A stretch of 64,000 bases of DNA from Leucoraja erinacea (Eukaryota): NCBI RefSeq assembly GCF_028641065.1, contig NC_073407.1, positions 19,592,001 through 19,656,000 of the forward strand, read 5' to 3'. A program made the position numbers and the translations under genes. A model generated the notes under the pieces. It did not search any database, was not told the DNA's origin, and was given only the letters and a program-made list of their open reading frames with translations. Of the stretch, positions 51,189 to 63,533 are shown piece by piece (positions within the stretch are counted from its first letter, which is position 1; the number at the start of each line of letters is the position of its first letter).

Positions 51189-54100
51189 CATCCAAACAAT
51201 ATGGTCTGCCTCTTGGATCTAAGTGAGTTCAACCACAGCCTTGCATGCCTTCACGTAGCAGATGAGAATGGAGACCAAATTTTGATAGCAGCAAATTTGA
51301 GAAGGATTCTCGTCAGTCACGGAATTATGTAACATCGTGTATAACCATGTTTCGTGGTTATATTGCTCCGCCCATTTTTCTTGGAGTTGGCACATGGTGA
51401 AGATCATATTCCATGTACCTCTTCATGGATGGAGCCCACGGTGCAATTTGGGAGCACCTCTGGCCAGTACGCTTAACACTGGCTTACCACAAACATAAAC
51501 AAACTCTCACCTTTCCTTCAGCCCCTGTCCTTCACCATTCTACCAAAAACATCAACACCTCCGACGTTTCCCTATCTCTGTCCTCTTTCCCCTCTCAATT
51601 CTATTCCTCTTCACTTAAGTCCTTCCTAGTTGGCCATCCCCTCATCCTTCTCCTCTTGATTCATTCACAACCACTCCAGGCTCCCTGGCCTGCTGCATCC
51701 CATTCCCCATGTGCTACCTGCTTGCTGTGGCTTTCCAATACACATGCACACCGTCACACACACGGCAATATTAATTTTCATGCACATGTACGTACACACC
51801 CAAGCACAATTATATGCACACATTCACAGACACATGGTCTCTTTAAGTGAGGTTCTCAATTTAATGGCATTTGAGGGATGATTTTGTACTGGAATCCTAA
51901 ACTGAGATAAAAGCTTCCACTGGGATTGCAGAGACAGGCTACTTACATCTCACCATTCTGCACTGGATTTAAACCCACGTCTCAGAGGGACAAAGACACT
52001 TCACTTATCCTGAAGCACTCCCCACTTGAAAAGATCTGGAAATGTCAAATTTCATTAATCATCAGTGTAACATTCACTTTATGGTCTGTCACATGCATAA
52101 AGAGAAGGAGATGTGTGGGGATTATTTTTCTTATTATTAATATGAATAGAATATTCAGGCAAAAGAAAGCTCCTCAGGAAAGATATATTGATCTTGGGGG
52201 TGTACAGTGCAGCTTTAGCAGAATTAAAGAATAACATCTTGAGGACAAGTTTTAGGAACAGGCTGAATTGATTGAAGACAATCACATTGAAGAGTTAAAA
52301 GTGATAAAGAATTAAATAAAGTATTTTCAGTTAATCTATTTGCTCTAGGATGATCCGGAACAAAGAAGCATAATTTAAAATGAGATTGGCTCAGCAAATA
52401 GCATTCCTTTACATAAAAGTGAATGAAAATCTAAGATTGTCTTCACCAAATGTTTGTGCATTTTGGAAACTAATCAAAATTGTCTAGAATGAAATTCGAT
52501 AAACTGTGGTGAATTAAGTCATATCAAGGGATGAAAGTTGAGGTTACATCAACCAAGCAGCCAGATGAAGGGAGAGCAGATTTCGGGAGCTGTTCTGATC
52601 CTTGATAATGGTATTTCGCCAAGAAGATGAAATAAAAATGGAAAACAAGATGGGAAAAGCAAATAAAAGAGAGGCTCAAGGTACAATTGATACATGAGTG
52701 TTTCACCATGGACCAGAATCTGCCATAAGACGACAGTTTGTTCAATGATAGTCCAATTGAACAGTCCCAGCTTTGTATTAATTAAAGGCACCATATATTT
52801 GGAAAAGGGGTTTTAAAGAAGGGTTTCAACCCGAAACGTTGCCTATTTCCTTTGCTCCATAGATGCTGTCTCACCCACAGAGTTTCTCCAGCATTTTTGT
52901 CTTCCTTTGATTTTCCAGCATCTGCAGTTCCTTCTTAAACATGTTTGGAAAAGCCTCTTGCTTTTTTATCAGCCACCAGCCCTGCAATTGCAGTAGTTTC
53001 AGGAGTTTGTTATTTAAATCAAAAGCAATATGTTAGTACATTAGAAATCGTGCAATACTTGCAATGTGCAGCAGACTATCCTGTGAGGCAACCTGGGCAG
53101 GCTAGGCTTGTATCTGCTGGAGATTAGAAGAATGCAAGGTGACAATAAAAAACATAAAATTGTACGGGGTCTTTGCACAATGGATGTGAAGAAGGCAACG
53201 CAGTGGCACAGAAAGGAGAGCTGTTGCCTTACAAGTCCAGCAAGCCAGTTTCATCTCTGGTTCTGTGTGTTTGCATGTCCTCCCTGCGACCATGTGGATT
53301 TGCTCCAGCATCCCAAAGCTTTGCAGGTTGGTAGGTTAATTGACCAATGTAAATTGTCCCTGGTGTGTAAAAGAGTGGTAGAATTGGGGGAGGGGGACAG
53401 TGAGGGAGAGAGATGACAGGAACCTTGGTAGAGTAAAAAGGGTTAGGGTAGGTTAGTGTCAAAATTGGTGTTTGATAGTCAGCTCAGACTGTGGGAAAAG
53501 GGGCTTTTCCCTCTCTGTATCTCTGTGACTTTAGATTTTTTGCTCTTGGTGGGAAAATTCTAGAATTAAGGGTCATGATTTTAAAAATGGCTCACTCGTA
53601 TATGACATAGAAAAGGAGTATTCATTTCCTCTGAGGGTCATAGATCTTTGGAACTCCCATCCTCAAAGGACAGCAGAAGCACAATATTTGAATGTTTTAT
53701 GCCAGAGAGGGATGGATGGTTGATTGTTTAAGAAGGAACTGCAGATGCTGGAAAATCGAAGGTACACAAAAATACTGGAGAAACTCAGCGGGTGCAGCAG
53801 CATCTATGGAGTGAAGGAAATAGGCAATGTTTCGGCACTTAATAATAATAATAATAATAATAACTTTATTTCTTAAGCACCTTAAAAAACAACCAAAGCT
53901 GACCAAAGTGCTGTACAGAAAAAAAAATAAGCAAGACATCATAAAACAGGCAGAACAACAGAACATACAGCTAACACGATGCGCATAAATTACATACGAA
54001 AATTCAACAATAAATTAAAAGACATAAAACATGAGTATGAACCACGCAGCAAAATCAAGCAAATAAAGTAAATAAATAAGTCGACACCTTACTGGTCTAC

Positions 54101-56524
54101 AAAGGCACTTAGGCGGCACTGAAGGCTTGAGGGGCTGAATGGTCTACATCTGCTCCAAAATGTTTACTCTTGTGTGGTTGCCAAATAGATAGAGTAAGAA
54201 TATACATTTTAATGAAGTAAATGCATGTTGATTGTCATTCAAGGGAAGTGTTAATACTTTCACAATTATCTCTGTGCCTTCACTCTTACAATGCCATGTC
54301 ACATTAGGGTCGTGGTTTGCTGGTTGTTGCACAAGACACTTCCCTGATTCAACAACAGTAACTAACATTTGTGAAGCTCCCTTAAACATCATAAAATGTC
54401 CTAAAGCATGACATTGGAAGATTATCAGACAAAATTTGACAAAATTACCATAAAAGGAAATACATAAGCATACGTATAACCAAAGGCATGACAAGGAGGT
54501 TTTACAGAGTATCTCTTGTAAAGGAGGCAAACAAGACATTTCAAGGCCTAGTGACTAGACAGCTAACTTTCCAGCACAAATCCCTGTGGTACCACACCAG
54601 ACAGAGCCTTCCAATCAAAATGACCCCCTATCCATGTTTCTATCCATGAACCAATCCTCAACCCACATCTGTACATTACCTCCCAATAGCATGCACTCCA
54701 ATTTTATTTCATACTCTCTAGTGTGCCGTTGCAATGTTACACTTTCCCTTTCCTTGCCGATACCCTGGTTCTCTTTGCTGAATTCTGAGATTTTCCCAAT
54801 GTTCTGGGTTTAGAGCTTTTCTCGGGAGGAAAAGTGAAGAAAATAGGAGGAGAATAGGATAAGGAGAAAGAAAGCCCTCAGAGGCTTATGGGGAGGAGGA
54901 TGAAGAAATAAGGTATATAAGGGAATTTGGAGGTAGAAAATAAAGTGTGGCATAGAAGTTCACTGATGGGGGCAAGAGCAAGGAGGGTTTAGGCTGCAAG
55001 GTTTTATCTGCACAGGAACAGAAATAACATCTTCCCTTGTCCATAGCAGCGTTCCTGAAGCTCCTTATAAACTATTCCCTGCGGTTTTCTCAGAGGGAAT
55101 CTTCTCCACTTAATGGACCCACAATTTCAGTTACATTAAACATCTTTAAAATCCTTTTTATGTTTCTCTGAACATCATACATTTTTCACCATAAACTATT
55201 TATCAATTCATCTGCTCATGTCTAAATGGAGCGAAATTGCATTTCTATTGGTGACTGAATAGAACTATTCAGCCCATCGATTCTGCGTTACATTTGGATT
55301 AGATTATGGCTGATCTTCAACTCCATCTTTCCTACTTATCCCTTACTCAATAGAAATCTATTTTTAACACTCACTAGATTCAGCACTGCCTCAACCACCC
55401 CTGCCCCCTCACTCATCACCACCACCTAATTCTTCTAAATTCATCACAGACATCTGCCCCAACTTGTTTTAATCATTTCACTTTCTAAATCATTGCGCAT
55501 TTCCTATGAATCTGGGGCACGAGCACTAACGTTAACCCATTCATGCTTGTCATACCATGAACTGAGCATGGTACTTTTAATGGAGTTTGATTAAGGTCCT
55601 GATCAGTGGAACAGTTTACCTGGGAACACAATCTGTCCAAAGAGAAAAAAATGCCTCGGGAAATAAAAGAACACCTGAGCTTACCTGTACACCCATGCTG
55701 CAGATAAGTTTAGAAGGCAACTTCCCATAATTATATTGTTGGGTTAGTAAGGCATAAATAATAAGGATACTGAGTTGGATGATCAGCCATGATCATATTG
55801 AATGGCAGTGCAGGCTCGAAGGGCCGAATGGCCTACTCCTGCACCTATTTTCTATGTTTCAAATGTCCAGACCACAACATTTAAATCTGTTTCCAAAAAA
55901 TGTACAGATAATTAGCATTGTTAATGTAAAACAAACCACAGACCTTTGAGAAACAGGTTTCCCCATAGTTTTATGTAGTGTCTGTGGTCTATTAAGCACA
56001 ACGTATTGAACCACAACTCTGTCTCACCTTCTCTATAAATCCCAATCCTTTCTCACTCCTGTGATTACCCAACTTTCCGATAAAAGCATCTCAATTACCT
56101 AATTTATTATTCCATGTTGAGTGTTGGGTGCATGTTGTCAAGCACTTTTATGTCACGGTGTTACCATGGAGCCAATTGGGCTGAATGGCCTCTATGTCAC
56201 TGTAAGTGTGCGATTATAAAGTACTCCATCTGGATTAAAACTGGTGTGGCTGACTCTTAATTACCCTCTGAAATGGTCCTGGGGCAATTTGGGATGAACA
56301 ATCCCAACACAAATAAAACATACATCATTTCCCCACAATTTCATTTCACTGCTCGTCATTCTGAGATTAATGTAAACAGGCAGTTAAAGGTCAGCACTGA
56401 ATTAATGGGCCTATTTACTTGCTGTATCTCTCTGACATTAATGGTGCCTCGCTTCAGTGTCATCCGCAAACAGGTTTTAACATTTGGTTCAGTGGCCAAT
56501 GCCCACAATGAAACAACGCTGCAG

Positions 56525-56885
56525 TTTTCAAGAGAGAGTTAGATTTAGCTCTGAGGGCTAAAGGAATCAAGGGATATGGGGAAAAGGCAGGAACTGTATG
56601 GAGGGGCTGTATGGCCTTCTCCTCCTCCTGTTCCTACTTCTTACATTCTTATCCTACATTAATGAATTCTGCCTTGTTGTTAATTGCAGAGTTTCATGAC
56701 GGAAGTTGAGGGATTCTGTCAGGCATCATTTTCGATGATCAGCCATGATCATATTGAATTGCGGTACCGGCTCGATGGGTTGAACGGCCTATTCCTGCAC
56801 CTATTTTAGACAATAGACAATAGACAATAGGTGCAGGAGTAGGCCATTTGGCCCTTCGAGCCAGCACATAATATTTTCTATGTTT
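56525..56885 (+). mobile_element. CR1 3' tail interrupted by a 126-bp templated insertion and an inverted second tail
   Basis: GAGAGTTAGATTTAGCTCT...GCAGGAAC [56601-56726] GATGATCAGCCATGATCATATTGAA... Confidence 0.75.
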
Positions 56886-57359
56886 CAAAACACCGCTCCT
56901 TCCCAAATCAGTGAATCCATTACATATTATGTCAAACCACCCACTCCACAAAAAAAAATAAACTGCATTTCTATACCACCAACACAGTGTAAAATATCAA
57001 AAGATGGTTTACAGGAACAATAACAGAAACTCTGAGAGTTAAGGGTTTGAGGACAGAAAAGCAATATGGTTTCGACACAGAATGCCAAGGTTTCATGAAA
57101 TGTCCAAGTTCTAACTGCAATATTAAACCAAGGCTGCAACATTAAAAGCAAACGCAGTCCTGCGGGAGAAAATGGGAAATGGGAGTTGAGGTAAATGATG
57201 AGCCATAACATTGCTAAATGTAGAAATAGCCTCGAGGGGCTGTATGGCCTTCTCCTACTCCTGTTCCTACTTCTTACATTCTTATCCTACATTAATGAAT
57301 TCTGCCTTGTTGTTAATTGCAGAGTTTCATGATGGAAGTTGAGGGATTCTGTCAGGCAT
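56601..57359 (+). repeat. 126-bp direct duplication (56601-56726 and 57234-57359)
   Basis: GAGGGGCTGTATGGCC...TTCTGTCAGGCAT occurs twice, with two mismatches seen. Confidence 0.92.
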
Positions 57360-58167
57360 TAATAACATAAACCATTACACTAACTTTAAAACAGTAAGGT
57401 GGTGATAAAAAATTAACTACCCTGAAGGACTGTCCTGGGAAATTACTGCTTGTGTGAATATCCTGTACTGCATAATGGTGGCTAGATTACATAAGAGGAA
57501 TACGACAGAAATTTAGCAAAGGGAATAAGAATTAGGATGAATTAAATTGATTATTGGATTAAGCAGCTTCAAACCCCATCTGTGCACCTGCCATTTAATT
57601 TGGCTGTAATTGAGAATTAAGAATTAGACTTGTGACCAATTCATCTGCAAAGCCTTTGAATAATATGTTTGGGTAATGCAGAAAATGGTGGAGTACGTTC
57701 TGCTATCTTAATGCATTAAATGACGATTTATTTGTTGACTGCTTTTTTTTCTCTTTTAATTGCAATTGATCGGGAAATGTTAAAGAAAGAGAAAGGTTTA
57801 TATTTCCATGGCATCTTTCATGAAAATATAGTAAGAGGAACAGAGGCAGCTGACCATCCAACCCGTTGAGCCTGCTTTGCCTTTCATTAACACATATGTA
57901 CATATTACTATCTCCAGATCTCTTTAATTCCTTTATCAGTCTGCGTTTTGAATGAACGCCACTGTCCTCTGTGATAAAGGATACCAAAGATTCATTGTTA
58001 CCTGAGTGAAAATGATTCTCCTCACCTCAGTCTTTAATGACCTAGCCCTTATTTTCAAACTACATACTACATCTGTTGGTCATGTGAAATATCTTCCCTG
58101 CAGTTAGCCTGTCAAAACATTAACAATTTTGAAAGCCTTGATGAGATCTCTTCTCAATTCTTTAGAA

Positions 58168-59050
58168 AACTAGGTGCAGGAGGAGGCCATTTGGCCCTTC
58201 AAGCCAGCACCGCCATTCATTATGATCATGGCTGATCATCCATAATCAGAAACCTGTGCCTGCCTTCTCCCCATATCCCTTGATTCTGCTAGCCCAGAGC
58301 TCTATCTACCTCTCTTTTAAATTCATCCAGTGAATTGGCCTCTACTGCCTTTTGTGGCAGAGAATTCCACAAATTCACAACTCTCTGGGTGGAAAGGTTT
58401 TTTCTCATCTCAGTTTTAAATGGTCTCCCCTTCATTCTTATATTGTGGCCCCTGGTTCTGGACTCCCCCAACATTTGGGAACATTTTTCCTGCATCTAGC
58501 TTGTTCAGTCCTTTTATAATTTTATATGTATCTATAAGATGCCCTCTCATCCTTCTAAATTCCAGTGAATACAAGACCAGTTTTTTCCAATCTTTCCTCA
58601 TGTGACAGTCCCGCCATCCCGGGGATTAACCTCGTGAACCTACGCTGCACTGCCTCAATAGCAAGGATGTCCTTCCTCAAACTAGGAGACCAAAACTGCA
58701 GACAATACTTTGGATGTGATCTCACCAGAGCCCTGCAGAAGGATCTCTTTCCTCCTATACTCAAATCTTCTCGTTATGAAGGCCAACATGCCTTAGCTTT
58801 CTTCACTGCCTGCTGTACCTGCATGTTTACTTTCAGTGACTGGTGTATAAGGGCACCCAGGTCTCATTGCACTTCCCTTTTTCCTAATCTGACACCATTG
58901 ATATACTAATCTGCCTCCTTGTTCTTGCCGCCAAAGTGGATAACCTCACATTTATCTACATTATACTGCATCTGCCATGCATCTGCCCACTCACTCAACC
59001 TGTCCAAGTCACCCTGCAACCTCCTAGCATCCTCTTCGCAGTTCACACTG
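58168..59050 (-). mobile_element. CR1 LINE 3' portion
   Basis: ALVRSHPKYCLQFWSP...AIEAVQRRFTRLIPGM...EFRRMRGHLI...WNSLP. Confidence 0.9.
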
Positions 59051-60100
59051 TTCACTTGTTTCACACTATTCATTGTTCACACTGTTTGCAGTTCACTTAA
59101 AACTCTGAAGAAAACAATTGCTGTCAACTCAATCCAGCACCTTTGGAACCATTCTGGTGAATCTATATTTAATTATCTCTATTGCAAGTATATTCTCAAG
59201 TATATCCTGCCTTGAGTATAGAGACTCTAAATTGTGCACAATACTCCAGCTGTGTTCTCACCAAGGCCCTGTACAATCCTAGTAAGATTCCTTTATTCAT
59301 ACATTGAAATCCTCTTGCAAGAAAACTAACATAACATTTATCCCCTTAATTATTTGCTTCATCTGCGTGTTATCCTTTAGTGAGTTCTATACCAGTACAC
59401 ACAGGTTCCTTATCCTCAACATTACCTACTCTCTCAACATTTAATAATTTGATCTTCAGTTCTATGCACAACCTCACATTTTTTCCCACATTATATTCCC
59501 TTTGCAATGTTCTCATTCAGCTCGACACTGGAGCCTCTATAAAATCTCCACTGTATTCACAATCACATCTGGTTTAATATTGTCAGCAAATTTGCAAATA
59601 TGACATTTGGTCTCCTTAGCCTTTTTTGTTGATTTATATTTTGAGTAGCTTGGTTCGAAGCACCGATCCCTGTGATACGGAGAGCCAGCTGGGAATGATT
59701 TGTTTATTTCCATTCATTGGTTTCTGTGCAATAATCAATTTCAGTCCATATCAAATTGTTATGCCCAAATTCCATGTGCTCTGATCTTGTTGATCCTGTG
59801 TGGAACCTTATTGAACACCCGCTGAAAAGACAAATACAGCCTATCCACTGATTGCTTCTTATCCTGCCGACTAATCACATCCTCAAAGAACTCCAGTAGA
59901 TTAAACATGACTTTCCCTTCATAAATCCGTGTTGACTCTGCTCATACCTGTCATTCTTCTCATGCTGTTTTGTTTTTATATCCTTTATTATAGATGCCAA
60001 CATTTCCCCTATCATTTACACAACAACAGGGCTCCTCATATTACTTTATGGGGGATTAATTACTTTAAAAATGTATTATAAAAAAATACAATAGCTAATT

Positions 60101-61292
60101 TGTGTAGAAACAAGGATGGGAAGAGGGTTTACAAAAACGGGTTGACACTAATTTATGGAGTATCTCAGCGGATAGGTGATGTTTCAGGTCAGCACCCTTC
60201 TTCAGACTGACTGTGGGGGTGGATTTGGGGAGAAAGCTGGAAGAGAGGAGGGGCAGGACAAAGTCTGGCGAGTAATATGTAGATACAGGTGAGGTATTTT
60301 TTTTAATAGGCAGATGGTTAGACAAAGGCCAGGGGTGAAGAGACAGAAGGTGTGAAACAAAAAGATTGAAGAGTTGGAAATTGTGAGGCTCGAGGAAGGA
60401 ATGCAGGTAGAATGGGAGAGAAAGGGGGGAAATATGTGTGTGTTAAGGTGGGGCACAAGGGAGAGAGGATGGAGGGGAAGAAAGGGGCAGGGTGGAAGAA
60501 GGGCAGGAGGGTTTTGTACTTCCTAATATTGGAGAATTTAATGTTCGTATGGTTGGGTCGTAAACCACCAATCTGGAATATAAGGCGCTGCTCCTCCAGT
60601 TTGTGTGGACTCACTCTAGCCATGGAGGAGGCCCAGGACATAAAGGACACTATGGAAATGGGAAGCAGTTGCCAACCAGTAGACCAGCAGGTCTTAGCAG
60701 ACCGAGCACAAGTGTTCAGCAAGACAATCACTGAATCCTCGATTGGTCGGGCCGATGTACAGCAGGGCTCTTCGGGAACACCGAATCCAGTAGATAAGGA
60801 AAGAGGAGGTGCATGTGAACATCTGACTCACCTGAAAGGAGTGCTGGGGTCTCTGGATGAAGGTGAGGGAGGAGGTATAGGGACAGATATCACATCTCCT
60901 GGCTCTGCCATTCCAGGGGGAAGTACCCGGGGATGGGATGGGTGGGAAGGGATTAGTGAACCAAGGAGTTGTGGAGGATGTGAAGATGTCACTGGTGTTG
61001 AAGGAAATATTGAAGAATGATGTGTTAATGATATGTAGAAGCTGGTGGGTGAAAGACGAGGACCATCTCAGGTGTCCCAGAATGGAAAGACTCATTTTGG
61101 GAGCAGGTGTGGTTGAGACAGAGAAATTGAGAGTAGGAATGTGTCTTTGCAAGAGGCAGGGTGGAGTTAATCCAGTTAACTGTGGGAGTTGGTGGGTTTG
61201 TAGTAGATGTCAGTCGATAATCTGTCACCTGCGATGGAGACAGTGAGATCAAGAAAGGGGAGAGAGGTGTCAGAGATAGTCCAAGTGAAATC
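60101..61292 (-). mobile_element. Penelope-like retroelement, 5'-truncated and degenerate (RT C-terminus, GIY-YIG endonuclease, 3' UTR/pLTR with hammerhead core)
   Basis: Frames give DFTWTISDTSLPFLDLTVSIAGDRLSTDIYYKPTNSHS (PLE RT C-terminus), FTCTSSFLIYWIRCSRRALLYIGPTNRGFSDCLAEHLCSV (GIY-YIG) and KLEEQRLIFQIGGLRPN. A pyrimidine-rich UTR follows, then CTGAAGA-AGGGTGCTGACCT-GAAACATC at about 60178-60205. Frameshifts and stops are present. Confidence 0.92.
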
Positions 61293-61299
61293 AGAGACA

Positions 61300-61806
61300 T
61301 AAAGTGACACAGTGTGGAAACAGGCACTCCGGCCCAACTTGCCCACACTAGCCAACATGTCCCAGCTACACTAGTCCCACCTGCTCACACTTGGTCCATA
61401 TCCCTCCAAACCTGTCCTATCCATGTACGTGTCCAACTGCTTCTTAAATGTTGGGATAGTCCCTACCTCCTCTGGCAGTTTGTTCCATACATCCTCCATC
61501 CTTTATGTGAAAAAGTTACCCCTCAGACTCCTATTAAATCTTTTCCCCTTCACCATAAACCTATGTCCTCTGGTCCTCGATTCACCTACTCTGGGGAAGA
61601 GACTCTGTGCATCTACCCGATCTATTTCTCTCATGATTTTATTCACCTCAATAACATAGAGTCCCTGCCCACTCAACCTGTGCCTAGAGCTCAGATTCTC
61701 TAGCTCTGGCAACATCCTTGTAAATCATCTCTGTACCCTTTCCAGCTTGACAACATCTTTCCTATAACATGGCACCCAGAACTGAACACAATACTTTAAA
61801 TGCAGC
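61300..61806 (-). mobile_element. CR1 LINE 3' end
   Basis: KIMREIDRVDAQSLFPRVGESRTRGHRFMVKGKRFNRSLRGNFFT and a 3' tail. Confidence 0.85.
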
Positions 61807-63533
61807 CTAGACTAAGTGGAACCCGTTGGGTCCCAGCTTCACACGGGAGGGCTGGTCCCCCAACACAATATTCCACCTCTCCACCAATTCCAAGATTGCT
61901 GGCCAGTGTGGGGGGGTGGGGCTTTCTGGAATACAAGCACGGGTGTTGTGGGCCGAAGGCACTGGTTTCCAGAGGGCTAGTATGGACATTGTGGGCCGAA
62001 TGAATTCGGGCTGGCAGTTCAGCCACTCAGGCCTGGCAGCTCAGTAACTCAAGCCTGGCAGGCTGGCAGCTCAGAAACTGCCAGAAATTCTGCCAAAAAC
62101 AGGTGAGAGACTGTGAGAGGGGCAGAGGGTGGACAATCAATGTTAGACATTTTCATCTTTTTTTACAGTTGCAAAAGGCACACAGTTGCAAAAGACACAG
62201 TTTAAAAACACATAAAGGGCACTCACAGGTCAGTATTAGATAGATAGATAGATATGCCATTTATTGTCACTATACATGTACAGTGAAACTGAAAGCTGCT
62301 CGTACTCAGTGCATACATACAATTTTACACAAAAAACAAGAAACAGAAAAACAAAACAGAAGGGAGATGGGGGGGGGGGGGGGGAATAGGTGCACAAATT
62401 CTACGGCGCTACATACATATATACATATATACAGATGGAAGTCCGTGTTGGGCGGTGTAGTCAGTGCATGTGTGGATTTGAATTTATGGTAGATATAATT
62501 CTCGGGAAGCAGCTATTCCTGAGTCTGTTTGACCTGGATTTGATGCACCTATAGCGCCTTCCAGAGGGCAGCAGGTCGAACAGTCCAAACGCAGGATGGG
62601 AGCTGTCTTTGGTGATCTTCTTTGCCCTGCTAAGGCAGCGGGAGGTGTAGATGTCCATCAGGGAGGGGAGAGGGCAACCAATGATCCTCTGCGCTGTCCT
62701 GGTTACCCTCTGAAGCCTCTCCCTGTCTGCCATGGTGCAGCTGCCATACCATGCTGTAATGCAGTATGTCAGCAGGCTCTCGATGGACGAGCGGTAGAAG
62801 GTCAGCAGCAGGTTAGAGTCCAGGTTGTGCTTCCTGAGGACCCTCAGGAAGTGCAGCCGCTGCTGAGCCTTCTTGATGACCGCCGTCGTGTTGTCCGTCC
62901 AGGAGATGTCAGCCGCGATATGGACGCCGAGAAACCGGAAGGTGTTGACCCTCTCCACACACTCGCCGTTAATGTGTAGGGGGACTAAGTCGGTGCTGTG
63001 CCTCCTGAAGTCGACAATGAGCTCTTTTGTTTTCCTGGTGTTCAGAGCCAGATTGTTTTCTGAGCACCAGGTTGTCAACTTCAGGACTTCCTCTCTGTAG
63101 GCTGCCTCGTCTCCCTTTGAAATAAGTCCGACCACAGTAGTGTCGTCAGCAAATTTGACGATGCGGTTGTTGTTGTGGGCCTTATCAGTGTTCTGTAGAT
63201 TTCCAGCTCACACTGAGAGTCGTGACCCTTTCCCCCCCAATCTTGCAGAGGCTGAGCCACGCCCACACTTCTGGGTTTTATAGCCCCTCCCCCTCCCGCC
63301 AGAAGGGCGTGGCCTTCATGGCGTGATTGACAGGAGAGAGAATCTCAACATTTTTTAAACATTAATAAGTCTTGTATTTTTCATCAATGGGAAAAATCCT
63401 CTGGTCCTGACAGCTGGAGGGGGATTCTGAGTAAGGTGGCCAAAAATCACAGCCATAAGTGGTTGCGTTTTTTCTAAAATCAATATACAGTGCAAACAAG
63501 AAATGGTCAAGTTTAGACTTTTAATTATATAGA
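61807..63533 (-). mobile_element. Non-autonomous Helitron interrupted by a Rex1/Babar-type LINE
   Basis: Minus-strand 5' end a|TCTATATAATTAAAAGTC. The 3' end has the hairpin TGGGACCC-AAC-GGGTTCCA (61817-61835) followed closely by terminal CTAG. No TIR or TSD. Confidence 0.75.
62237..63180 (-). mobile_element. Rex1/Babar-type LINE, 5'-truncated, young (open RT C-terminal ORF ending at 62461)
   Basis: NRIVKFADDTTVVGLISKGDEAAYREEV...NNLALNTRKTKELIVDFRR...KKAQQRLHFLR...LLPSGRRYR. The 3' UTR has AATAAA and a (TATC)n tail. Confidence 0.9.

Noticed and set aside
60412-61020. 202-aa plus-strand ORF
   Set aside because: Antisense shadow of the Penelope ORF.
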